Positions 9,593-17,875 are shown, numbered from the stretch's first letter. The stretch is DNA of 19,186 nucleotides from Candidatus Eiseniibacteriota bacterium (GCA_046598045.1 JBKJJJ010000098.1:1-19186); one strand, 5' to 3'. Notes: generated by a model not told the origin, from the sequence alone. Numbers and translations: made by a program.

Positions 9593-10126
9593 ATGGACAC
9601 GGTCCATCCCGCAAGTTCCCAACCCGAGACCCGCTCGCTCGCGAAGCAGATCCTCGAGGACGGCTTTTTCTGCGGCGTGATCGGCGCCGGGATCGTCGCC
9701 CTGTGGTACCTGGTGCTCGACTCGCTCGCCGGCCGGCCGCTGTTCACGCCGTCGCTGCTCGGCTCGCTCCTGTTCCAGAAGGGCGCCGAGCTCTCGAATA
9801 TCACGGTGCAGCCCTCGATCGTGGCCTGGTACTCCGCCATCCACGCGTTCACGTTCCTGATCGTCGGGATGGTCGCGGCCTGGCTGGCCGCGCAGTTCGA
9901 GAAGTTCCCGACCGTCGGCATCGCGATGCTGTTCCTGTTCGTGATCTTCGAGACCGCGTTCTTCATCTTCGCGCTCGCCGTCGGCAAGTCCGTGCTGGGC
10001 ACGCTCGGGCTGTGGACGATCGCGGTCGCGAACCTGCTCGCCGCCGCCGCGATGGCGGCGTACCTGTGGTGGAAGCACCCCTCCGCCGTACGCAACATGA
10101 AGAACATCTGGACGGCGCAGGAGTGA
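9593..10126 (+). CDS. Hypothetical polytopic membrane protein (177 aa)
   Basis: AGGAGG RBS, GC3-rich codon usage and 4-5 hydrophobic segments. TGcTAGGAT (9518-9526) upstream may be an extended -10. Confidence 0.8.
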   Translation: MDTVHPASSQPETRSLAKQILEDGFFCGVIGAGIVALWYLVLDSLAGRPLFTPSLLGSLLFQKGAELSNITVQPSIVAWYSAIHAFTFLIVGMVAAWLAAQFEKFPTVGIAMLFLFVIFETAFFIFALAVGKSVLGTLGLWTIAVANLLAAAAMAAYLWWKHPSAVRNMKNIWTAQE

Positions 10127-10133
10127 GCGGCCA

Positions 10134-10895
10134 CTAGTCGGGCGGCTCCGGCACGATCCCCAGTTCCTTCTGCAGCGCCGCCCTCGCCTCGCCGATGATG
10201 CCGCGCACGCGCTCGGTCAGCGCGGCGACGTCGGCCGTCGTCAGCCCCGTGGTCGGGATCGGCTCGAGGATCTTGATCACCGCGCGCGCGCTCCCGAACT
10301 GGATCGATCCGGGCGGCAGCGCGTGGCGCGTGCCCGCGACCGCGACCGGCTGGATCGGGATCTGGGCGTCGACGGCGAGCCGGAACGCGCCCTCCTTGAA
10401 CGGCAGCATCTCGTCCGTGCGCGAGCGGGTCCCCTCGGGAAAGATGATCACCGACACGCCGGCCGCGAGCTTCTTGCGGCACTCGATGAGAGCGCGCACG
10501 CCGCTCCTGCGATCCCCGCGCACGACGCCGATGTCCCCCGCCATGCGCATGCCCCAGCCCATGATCGGCGTGCGGTAGATCTCGGTCTTGGCGAGGTACT
10601 TGAGGTCCCACGGCAGGAGGCACGACAGGAAGATGTCGGCTTCGGATTCGTGGTTCGAGACCACGACGCTGGGTTCGTGGAACGGGGCCTGGGTGCCGCG
10701 CTCGAGGTGGAAGTCCCAGTACGGGTTGAGCAGGACCGTCGCCCGGCCGGAGCTGCGGAAGACGCGCCCGACCAGCCGCTGGCCGCGATCGAAGGGCTTC
10801 GTCACCAGCCACAGGAACGCCAGCACGGGCTGAAGCAGGGTGAGCACGAGGGCGGTGGCCGCCCAGACGTAGATCGACACGAGGGTCCGGAGCAC
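10134..10895 (-). CDS. plsC: Lysophospholipid / 1-acyl-sn-glycerol-3-phosphate acyltransferase (PlsC family)
   Basis: SNHESEAD (HxxxxD), FPEGTRS, FKEGAF and PIQPV. Start placed at GTG 10895 because the longer ORF overlaps the upstream gene; the start is uncertain. Confidence 0.85.
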   Translation of the reverse strand: MLRTLVSIYVWAATALVLTLLQPVLAFLWLVTKPFDRGQRLVGRVFRSSGRATVLLNPYWDFHLERGTQAPFHEPSVVVSNHESEADIFLSCLLPWDLKYLAKTEIYRTPIMGWGMRMAGDIGVVRGDRRSGVRALIECRKKLAAGVSVIIFPEGTRSRTDEMLPFKEGAFRLAVDAQIPIQPVAVAGTRHALPPGSIQFGSARAVIKILEPIPTTGLTTADVAALTERVRGIIGEARAALQKELGIVPEPPD

Positions 10896-10920
10896 AGGAC
10901 CGCCACTATCGCTTACGGCT

Positions 10921-11445
10921 CTACTCCTCGGCCAGCATCTCCTTGCGCGTGCGCCAGGCATTCTCCGCGAGGTCGAGCGCGACCTCGAGGTTCGCCAGCG
11001 CGACGCCACCCTCGTCCTCGACGTCCGGGTGCAGCACCCAGGCGACGACCTCGGCGGTCACGCCCTGCACCGCCTCGGCGACCGCGATGTCGGCGCGATA
11101 GAGCAACTCGAGCCGGCGCTCGTCGACGCGCACGGGCTCGAAGAACCCCGGGTAGCCGTAGGCGGCGTGCATGACGTCCTCGACCAGGCGGTCGAAACGC
11201 TTGGCGACCTGGCCGAGCCGCGACAGGCCGGGCGGCAACCCTTCGAAGCGCAGCGTGCGCACGGCGCGGTGCAGGTCCTGCGACGAGTCGCGCAGGCAAC
11301 GCGCGATCTGGGTGCGCAGGCGCTTGTCCTCCTCGCGCCGGTCCTCCTTGGCGGAATAGCCGCGATAGCCCGGCACCAGCCGGGCGACGGACTCGAGCGC
11401 GTGCGGCAACGAGCGCGGGAAGTTGCGGATCTTGAGTTCGGTCAT
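10921..11445 (-). CDS. Conserved-looking hypothetical helical protein (174 aa)
   Basis: GGAGGG RBS before the ATG; typical codon bias; PGYRGYSAKEDRREEDKRLR and AAYGYPGFF segments look like conserved motifs. No function recognised. Confidence 0.75.
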   Translation of the reverse strand: MTELKIRNFPRSLPHALESVARLVPGYRGYSAKEDRREEDKRLRTQIARCLRDSSQDLHRAVRTLRFEGLPPGLSRLGQVAKRFDRLVEDVMHAAYGYPGFFEPVRVDERRLELLYRADIAVAEAVQGVTAEVVAWVLHPDVEDEGGVALANLEVALDLAENAWRTRKEMLAEE

Positions 11446-11544
11446 GGCCCCTCCGTGGCGGGTGCCGTCCCTGCGGGTCGGACGGTCCGGCGCCTCTCAC
11501 CGCGGTTATCGGTCCCGGGCGGAGTCGGCTGAAGCCAAAGCCAC

Positions 11545-11575
11545 ATAAAGAACAAGGCGGCCCATCGGGGCCGCC
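11545..11575 (-). terminator. Intrinsic terminator downstream of brxA/brxB
   Basis: 8-bp stem GGCGGCCC (11556-11563) / GGGCCGCC (11568-11575) with a 4-nt loop, followed on the minus strand by TTGTTCTTTAT. Confidence 0.7.
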
Positions 11576-11652
11576 CGGTCCGTCATGCAGGATGAAATGC
11601 GCGTGCGCGTTGCACGGGGCCCGTGCACCGCGCCTCGCGCGTCAGCCGCCGT

Positions 11653-12087
11653 TCAGGCGCGGGCGACGCCGCAGTGCGCCTCGAGCGCCTGCGCGACCTG
11701 GGCCGCGACCATGTCGGCGGTCTTGCCTTCGATCTGGTGGCGGGCGATGAAGGCCACCGGCTCGCCGTCCTTGAGCAGCGCGATCGACGGCGACGACGGT
11801 GCCACCGTGGCGAAAAATTCGCGCGCGCGCGCTGTGGCCTCGCGATCCTGGCCGGCGAAGACCGTGACCATGTGATCCGGTCGCACGCTCGTGGCCTCGA
11901 GCGCCTTCGCCATGCCGGGGCGGGCCATCCCGGCCGCGCAGCCGCAGACCGAGTTCACGAACACGAGGACGGCGCCCTGCTTGGGGGCGAGCACGGCATC
12001 GACGTCGGCGGGCGTCCGGAGTTCGTGGAAGCCGATCGAGGTCAGTTCGTCGCGCATGGGCTGGGTGAAACGGGAGTTGAGATCCAT
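11653..12087 (-). CDS. BrxA/BrxB family bacilliredoxin
   Basis: Motifs PMRDELT..GF.EL, VNSVCGCAAGMARP (CGC), TVFAGQDREATARARE, PSSPSIALLKDG and RHQIEG; AAGGAG RBS. Confidence 0.93.
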   Translation of the reverse strand: MDLNSRFTQPMRDELTSIGFHELRTPADVDAVLAPKQGAVLVFVNSVCGCAAGMARPGMAKALEATSVRPDHMVTVFAGQDREATARAREFFATVAPSSPSIALLKDGEPVAFIARHQIEGKTADMVAAQVAQALEAHCGVARA

Positions 12088-12280
12088 CGGGGTCGGCTCC
12101 TTGACGCCGCCCGGGGCGGGCGCCTTGGGGGGGAGGCTGCAACTTGCGGCACGCCCGGAATGCGCCCTGCACCCTGCAGGGCAATTCTTCCCGGGCGGGG
12201 ACCGGACTGGGACCCATCCGATCCCGGCTAAGCTTCGTATTGCGAATGAGTTCTAAGTTCGCTCGCGGACCCCTGTATTT

Positions 12281-12296
12281 TGGCACATCCCCTGCA
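12281..12296 (+). promoter_or_regulatory. Sigma54 (RpoN) -24/-12 promoter candidate
   Basis: TGGCAC-ATCCC-CTGCA, with GG at 12282-83 and GC at 12294-95 (exact GG-N10-GC spacing), preceded by an AT-richer tract (12229-12260). Confidence 0.65.
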
Positions 12297-12444
12297 GTGT
12301 GGGAAGAACGACGGCGCTGGACGCGCCGCCTTTGTGAGCGTGGCGAGGTGCGCTACATCAGCGCGTGACACCCGTGACCCCGGCGCCTTCGCCCGCTCCA
12401 CTTTCGGAAGCAAACCTCCGCAGTCCCCCGCAACGAACCGATCG

Positions 12445-12480
12445 GCGACCCCGGGCGCGTGGCCCTGGGTCGCTTTGTTT
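12445..12480 (+). terminator. Terminator-like hairpin
   Basis: GCGACCC-C-GGGC / loop GCGTG / GCCC-T-GGGTCGC (11 pairs, one mismatch) followed by TTTGTTT. Confidence 0.55.
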
Positions 12481-12510
12481 CACCCTGATAACATGCTGCC
12501 GGATCGGCAG

Positions 12511-12540
12511 TTGACAGACCTGTCCGGGCGGGCGCACCAT
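12511..12540 (+). promoter_or_regulatory. Candidate sigma70-type promoter for the three-gene export operon
   Basis: TTGACA (12511-12516), an 18-nt spacer, then CACCAT (12535-12540), 55 nt before ATG 12596. Flanked by inverted repeats CTGCCG-N3-CGGCAG and GACAG-N2-CTGTC. Confidence 0.45.
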
Positions 12541-12595
12541 GGCTCGCCGAACCCGTCGATCCACCTCCCCTTGCCCCGAGGCCAGGCTCGTCCCG

Positions 12596-13732
12596 ATGAC
12601 TCGCCGCCCGTTCGTCCATCCCTCCCGTCAGCGCCCGGCCGGGCTCGCCCTGCTGGTCCTGGCCAGCCTCGCGCAGTCGGGCTGCCAGCCCGCCCGGCCT
12701 GGGCCTTCGACGACCGCCGCCGCCAGCCCGGCCACGATCGACGTCGTGGCGGTCCGGCCCTCACTCGATTCCGGCGATCTCTTCCTCACGTTCCTCGAGC
12801 CCGCCGTCGACGCGCCGGTGATCGCGCGCTCGGACGGCATCGTGCGGAGCGTGCTCGCGCGCGAGGGCCAACGCGTGGGCCGCGGGCAGGCGCTCGCGCG
12901 GCTCGACGCCGAGGAGCAGCGCCTCGAGGTCGACTACGTGGGCGCACTCGCCGCCCAGGCGAGGGCCGAGCTCGAACGCGCCGAGAAGGGCGCCCAGGGG
13001 CAGTGGGTCTCGCGCCAGACGCTCGACGCGGCGCGCGCCAAGGCCGCCGCGACGCGCGCGGACCTCGAACTGGCGCAGCTCGCGCTCGAGCGCCGCACGC
13101 TGCGGGCGCCGGTGGCGGGGATCGTCTGGCAGGTGCGCGCCGAGGTCCACCGGCCGGTCAGGACCTCGGACGTGCTGTTCCGCGTCACCGAGCCCGGACG
13201 GCTGCGTGCCGAGCTGTTCCTGCCGGCGGCGCTGCGCGCGCGCGTCCACGCGGGCGACCTGGCCACGTTCGTGCCCGTGAGCGACGCCGCGGGTGCCGCG
13301 ATCCCGGGCAAGGTGGCGATGGTGAGCCCGATCGTCGATCCGGCGACCGCGCGCTTCCGCGTCGTGGTCGAGACCTCGCAGGGGCCGCAGGGCCTCGCCG
13401 GGACGAGCGTGCGCGTGCGCCTCGGCGCGGCCGGGGCAGGCCCCGAAGGCGCCGGCCCGGACGCCAGCGCCCCGGGCGTGGGCGCGCTCCTGCCGCGCGG
13501 CGCGCTGCTCGAGAAGGACGGCGACCGCCTGTTCGTCTGGCGCGTCGCGGGCGGCCACGCCGCTCGCGTCCCGGTCGAGTTGGGCGCGAGCCGGCCCGAC
13601 GGCTACGAGGTGCTCGAGGGCCTCGCGCCCGGCGATCTCGTCCGGGCGGCGGGAGCCCCGTTGCCGGCCGGCGGCGCGGTCGTGACCCCGCGGCTGGTCG
13701 ACGCGGGCGCGACCCCCGCAGTCCCGCGCTGA
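12596..13732 (+). CDS. RND-type efflux periplasmic adaptor (membrane fusion protein), probable lipoprotein
   Basis: Hydrophobic signal ending QSG-C, lipoyl half-motifs (DGIVRSVLAREGQRVGRGQALARLD and LRAPVAGIV), a helical hairpin, a beta-barrel (SPIVDPATARFRV) and a membrane-proximal domain (VELG...EVLEGLAPGDLV). The start could be 12539 or 12596. Confidence 0.85.
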   Translation: MTRRPFVHPSRQRPAGLALLVLASLAQSGCQPARPGPSTTAAASPATIDVVAVRPSLDSGDLFLTFLEPAVDAPVIARSDGIVRSVLAREGQRVGRGQALARLDAEEQRLEVDYVGALAAQARAELERAEKGAQGQWVSRQTLDAARAKAAATRADLELAQLALERRTLRAPVAGIVWQVRAEVHRPVRTSDVLFRVTEPGRLRAELFLPAALRARVHAGDLATFVPVSDAAGAAIPGKVAMVSPIVDPATARFRVVVETSQGPQGLAGTSVRVRLGAAGAGPEGAGPDASAPGVGALLPRGALLEKDGDRLFVWRVAGGHAARVPVELGASRPDGYEVLEGLAPGDLVRAAGAPLPAGGAVVTPRLVDAGATPAVPR

Positions 13733-13751
13733 CCGGGACGCGCGCGCGACC

Positions 13752-15875
13752 ATGGCCACCGAGCGCCCGTTCCCCCGCTTCCGAAGGGACCTCGTGGTGC
13801 GCCGCGTGGTCGAGGCCGGCGAGTCCGCGTGGACCGTGCACGATCCCATGCGCAACACCTACTACCGGCACGATGTGCTGACGCACGACGTCTGCGAGCT
13901 GCTCGATGGCGTGCGCGGATCGTCGGGCCTGCGCGAGGCGCTCGAACGCCAGTACCCGCAATTCGACTTCCCGCCCGAGTGGGTCGAGGAGATCGTGGGC
14001 GAGCTCAAGCGCGGCGGCTTCCTCGAAGAGACCTTCAAGATGAACGAGATGCAGCGCGCGCGGGCGCGCGAGGCCCGGCGCAAGTTCTCGCCCGAGTCGC
14101 TCAAGAACATCTTCAACATCCAGTTCGGCGTGATCGACCCGACCAGGGTGTTCCGCATCGTCTACCCGGTCGCGCGCGTGCTGTTCACGCGCTGGTTCAT
14201 CGTGGGCGCGCTGTTCGCCTTCCTCGCGGCGTGCGGGCTGGTGTGGGACCGGCGCGACGCGCTGAGCTCGGGCCTGGCCACGATCTTCACCCTGCAGAAC
14301 TCGAACGGGGTGGGCCTGGCCATCCTGTGGCTCGTCCTGTTCGGCATCGTGGTCGCCCACGAGTTCGGGCACGGGCTCTCCTGCATGCACCTGGGCGGGC
14401 AGCCACGGCGGCTCGGCTTCATGCTGTTCTACCTCATGCCCGGGATGTTCTGCGACGTGTCGGACATCTATTTCTTCGAGAAGCGCTGGCAGCGCGCGGC
14501 GGTCGCGCTCGCGGGCGGCTACGTCGAGTTGCTGTGCTTCACCGCCGGCACGTTCGTCTGGGTCGCGACACCGCCGGACCTGTTGCTGCACGACCTGGCG
14601 TTCCGCGTGCTGCTGTTCTCGGGCCTGACCGGGCTGGTGTTCAACTACAACCCGTTGATCAAGCTCGACGGCTACTACGTGCTCATGAGCTGGCTCGACA
14701 TCCCGGACTTGCGCGAGCGCGCGTTCAAGTATGTCGGCGACCTGTTCCGCCGCCACGTGCTGCGCCTCGCGGTCACCCCCGAGCGCCTGACCCGCTACGA
14801 GCGCCGAGCGATGACGATCTACGGCGTGCTCGCGCTCGCCTACTCGGCGTTCTACTCGGTGATCGTGCTCCTGTTCATGCGCCGCGTGCTGGTCGGGAAC
14901 TTCCGCGAGGCCGGGTTCGTGGTCTTCGCGCTGCTCTTCCTCTACACGACGCGCCACATGTGGGCGAAGCTGGCGCAGGGCACGCGCTACCTCGTGCTCG
15001 AGAAGGGCGGCTTCGCGCGCCGGCACGTCGCGCTCGCGGTGGGCGGTGTCGTGTTCGCCCTCCTCGCCCTGCTCGTGCCCCTGCCGCACCACGTCGCGGT
15101 GCAGGTCGTGCTCGACGCGAGCGATCGGCACAGGGTGATCGCGCCGTTCGACGGCCGGGTGGAGGACGTGCTGGTCGGGGGCGGCGCGGTGGTCGCGCCC
15201 GGCACGGTACTCGCAATCGTGCGCGGCGACGGTCAGGGCGGCGCGGCGCTCTCCGAGCGCGCCGCCGCGCGGCGGGGTGAAACGATGCTGGCGCGCTCGC
15301 TGAGCGAGCCGTGGGCCCGGGACGCGAACGCCGATGCGGCCACCTCCGACGCACTCGCCGAGCTGCCGCTCCTGCGCGCGCGCGCGGCCGGGGCGCGCGG
15401 CCTGGCCGCGAGCGGGTACGTCGCGGCGCCGGGCGGCGGACGCGTGCTCGCGCTCGAACCCAGGGCGTGGATCGGCCGCCACGTCGCCGCGGGCGACTCG
15501 CTGTTCGACGTCGGCCGCGCCGACTCGCTCGACGTGCTGCTGGTCGCGAGCGAGCGCGATGCCGCCGACCTCGGACTCGGCCGCCGCGCGAATCTTCGCC
15601 TGTACGCCGAGCCGGGCCGCCGCGTCTCCTGCACCGTGCTCGCGATCGACCGCGCGCCGCTCGAAGGGCCGGCGCTCGCGCAGCCCACCGCCGAACTGGT
15701 CGACTCCGAACGCCCGGTGCGCCGCTTCGTCGCGCGCGGGCGGATCGCGAATCCCGGCATGGACCTGCGCCCGGGCATGACGGGGCTCGCGCACATCGAC
15801 GCGCCGTCGCTCAACCTCCTTCAGCGCGCGGCGCGGTTCTATGCCCGCATCGTGCGCGCGGACTTCTGGCTGTGA
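13752..15875 (+). CDS. PqqD/RRE-like domain + M50 (site-2) zinc peptidase + HlyD-like adaptor fusion protein
   Basis: The first ~90 aa show a 3-strand/3-helix PqqD-like pattern (WTVHDP..NTYY...LLDG...ELKRGGFLE). M50 motifs are HEFGH (14358-14372), VALAG and NPLIKLDGYY (from 14649), with multiple TM segments. The C-terminal adaptor motifs are APFDGRVEDVLV and LRPGMTG. Confidence 0.88.
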   Translation: MATERPFPRFRRDLVVRRVVEAGESAWTVHDPMRNTYYRHDVLTHDVCELLDGVRGSSGLREALERQYPQFDFPPEWVEEIVGELKRGGFLEETFKMNEMQRARAREARRKFSPESLKNIFNIQFGVIDPTRVFRIVYPVARVLFTRWFIVGALFAFLAACGLVWDRRDALSSGLATIFTLQNSNGVGLAILWLVLFGIVVAHEFGHGLSCMHLGGQPRRLGFMLFYLMPGMFCDVSDIYFFEKRWQRAAVALAGGYVELLCFTAGTFVWVATPPDLLLHDLAFRVLLFSGLTGLVFNYNPLIKLDGYYVLMSWLDIPDLRERAFKYVGDLFRRHVLRLAVTPERLTRYERRAMTIYGVLALAYSAFYSVIVLLFMRRVLVGNFREAGFVVFALLFLYTTRHMWAKLAQGTRYLVLEKGGFARRHVALAVGGVVFALLALLVPLPHHVAVQVVLDASDRHRVIAPFDGRVEDVLVGGGAVVAPGTVLAIVRGDGQGGAALSERAAARRGETMLARSLSEPWARDANADAATSDALAELPLLRARAAGARGLAASGYVAAPGGGRVLALEPRAWIGRHVAAGDSLFDVGRADSLDVLLVASERDAADLGLGRRANLRLYAEPGRRVSCTVLAIDRAPLEGPALAQPTAELVDSERPVRRFVARGRIANPGMDLRPGMTGLAHIDAPSLNLLQRAARFYARIVRADFWL

Positions 15876-17875
15876 CCGAAGTCCCGAACGAAGCCATCGC
15901 CCGGCTCGAGGCTGAGAAGGCGCAGCTCCAAGCGTTGCTCGACCAATCCTACGCGCAGCTCTCCGAGGTCACGAGCCGCGTGCTGGCCATGAGCGAGGCG
16001 GCCACCAGCCTGGTCGAGACGCACGACGCGACCTCGGCCTCGGTCGCGGTGCTCGACGTCGCCGCGCGGGCGGTGCTCGCGCGCGGCGGCTGCGTGTTCC
16101 TGTCGCACGGCGGCGGCGAGTTCGAGCTCGCGGCGTCGACCGGGTTCGACGAGGAGCAGCAGGCGCTGATCTCCGCGCACCTGCCCGACATCGCGCTCTG
16201 TAACCTGGTGGAGAACGAGGGCAGGACCTTCGACGTGACCGAGGCCGAGGCCGACGAGGCGTTCCGCGAGTGGCGTGCCGAGGCGCTCGCCGCCGATCCC
16301 GACGCCGACCTCCAGCCGCGGCTCGGCCTGTTCGTGCCGCTGTTGCTCGGGGAGCGCACCGTGGCCGTGCTCGCGCTCAGCCCGCGCGCCGGCGGCGCCC
16401 GCTACGACGAGAGCGACCGCCTGTTCCTCGAGCACGTCGCCGACCAGGGCGCGCTGGCGATCGACCGCGCGCTGCTGTTCGAGCAGAACCAGAACCGCCT
16501 GCAGGACCTCGACGCGCTGCTGCGCGTGAGCCGCGAGCTGGCCTCGACGCTCGACTTGGACCACGTGCTGATCACCGCGGTCAACCTCACGGGCGCGATC
16601 GTCACGCGCCAGCGCGCGGTGCTCGCGCTCTACGACGGCGGCAAGCTCAAGATCCGCGCGGTCAACGACTACAACCGGGTCGATCCGAACACCGCCGAGA
16701 AGCTCGGGCTCGAGAAGCTGCTCGAGTGGCTGTCCTACCGCAAGCCCGACGCGCTGCTCGCCCGGCTCTCCGAGGTCGAGGCGAACGAAGCCCACGAGGG
16801 GCGGGACGTCCTGCTCGAGTACTTCAAGGGCGAGATGCGCTCGTGCTACGCGATCGGCCTGCGCGACGACCAGGGGCCGGTCGGCGTGCTCCTGCTCGAG
16901 GCGTTCGAGGAGAACGCGTTCTCGGCGGACAGCGACAGGGAGGCGCTCGGCGTGCTCTCGGGGCAGCTTTCGGTCGCGATCCGGAACGCCGAGCTCTATC
17001 GCCAGCTCCCGATGGTCAGCGCGCTCGCGCCGCTCGCCGAGCGCCGCCGGCGCTGGCAGCGGCTCGACCCGGCGCGCCGGCGCAACCTGCTGATCGTGGG
17101 CGCGGTGGGGCTGCTCGCGGTGGCGGTCGTGCCGTGGCCGGCGGCGATCGGCGGCGACGGCCAGGTCCTGCCCGCGAGCGAAATCGCCGTGCGCGCGGGC
17201 GTGGACGGGATCGTGCGCGGCGTCGACACGCGCTCGGGCGAGTTCGTGGTTGCCGGCCAGCGGCTCGCGACACTCGAGCCCGAGGGGCTGACCGCCCGGA
17301 TGGCCGGGCTGCGCGCCGAGGCGGACCAGGCTCAGGCGCGCGGTGCGAGCGCCGGCGCCCGATCCGACGCCTACGCCCGCCGGCTCGCCGACCTCGACCG
17401 AGAGGGCGCGCTTGCCCGGCTGTCCTCGGCCGAGGGCGACCAGGCCCGCGCCCAGCTCGTGGCGCCCCAATCGGGCTACGTGCTCACCCCCGACCTCGGC
17501 GCGCTCGAGGGCCGCCGGCTGGCCGCGGGCGACGTGTTCTGCCAGGTCTCCCGCATCGACACCCTCCGGGTCGAGATCGGGATCTCCGAGGCCGACGTGG
17601 CGCGGATCTCGCCCGGGCAGATCCTCCGGCTCAAGGTGCTGGGCTATCCCGACCGCCAGTTCCGCGGCCGGGTCACCGAGGTCTCCTGGCTCGGCGAGCC
17701 CACGCGGCCCGGCCGCCCGGCCGCGTTCAAGGTCCTGGGCTGGGTCGCGAACCCGGGCGCGGCGATGCGCTCCGGGATGACCGGCCGCGCCCGCATCGAC
17801 GTCCCACCCGACACGCTGCTGGCGCGCTGGACGCGGGGCGTTTGGCGCTGGCTCCGAATGGGGTTCTGGATGTAG
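15872..17875 (+). CDS. Tandem GAF domain + TM + HlyD-like adaptor fusion protein (667 aa)
   Basis: GTG at 15872 overlaps the upstream stop (GTGA). Contains an N-terminal coiled coil, GAF1 (VPLLLGERTVAVLAL...ALAIDRALLF), GAF2 (GPVGVLLLE...VAIRNAELY), a TM segment (LLIVGAVGLLAVAVVPWP) and an adaptor (GVDGIVRGV...GQRLATL, LVAPQSG, SGMTG). Confidence 0.88.
   Translation: MTEVPNEAIARLEAEKAQLQALLDQSYAQLSEVTSRVLAMSEAATSLVETHDATSASVAVLDVAARAVLARGGCVFLSHGGGEFELAASTGFDEEQQALISAHLPDIALCNLVENEGRTFDVTEAEADEAFREWRAEALAADPDADLQPRLGLFVPLLLGERTVAVLALSPRAGGARYDESDRLFLEHVADQGALAIDRALLFEQNQNRLQDLDALLRVSRELASTLDLDHVLITAVNLTGAIVTRQRAVLALYDGGKLKIRAVNDYNRVDPNTAEKLGLEKLLEWLSYRKPDALLARLSEVEANEAHEGRDVLLEYFKGEMRSCYAIGLRDDQGPVGVLLLEAFEENAFSADSDREALGVLSGQLSVAIRNAELYRQLPMVSALAPLAERRRRWQRLDPARRRNLLIVGAVGLLAVAVVPWPAAIGGDGQVLPASEIAVRAGVDGIVRGVDTRSGEFVVAGQRLATLEPEGLTARMAGLRAEADQAQARGASAGARSDAYARRLADLDREGALARLSSAEGDQARAQLVAPQSGYVLTPDLGALEGRRLAAGDVFCQVSRIDTLRVEIGISEADVARISPGQILRLKVLGYPDRQFRGRVTEVSWLGEPTRPGRPAAFKVLGWVANPGAAMRSGMTGRARIDVPPDTLLARWTRGVWRWLRMGFWM

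Noticed and set aside
8561..10078. Apparent 500-aa N-terminal extension of NhaA (914-aa ORF)
   Set aside because: It overlaps the CPBP gene in another frame and the plus-strand membrane protein gene. NhaA homology starts near 8560, where a TTGA coupling gives a natural start.
12147..12163. CGGCAC...ATGC as a third sigma54 promoter
   Set aside because: The spacing is GG-N12-GC rather than the required N10.
15311..15871. N-terminal extension of the GAF-HlyD ORF (854 aa)
   Set aside because: It overlaps the M50-HlyD gene and is low-information Arg-rich sequence; the GTGA overlap at 15872 is the plausible start.
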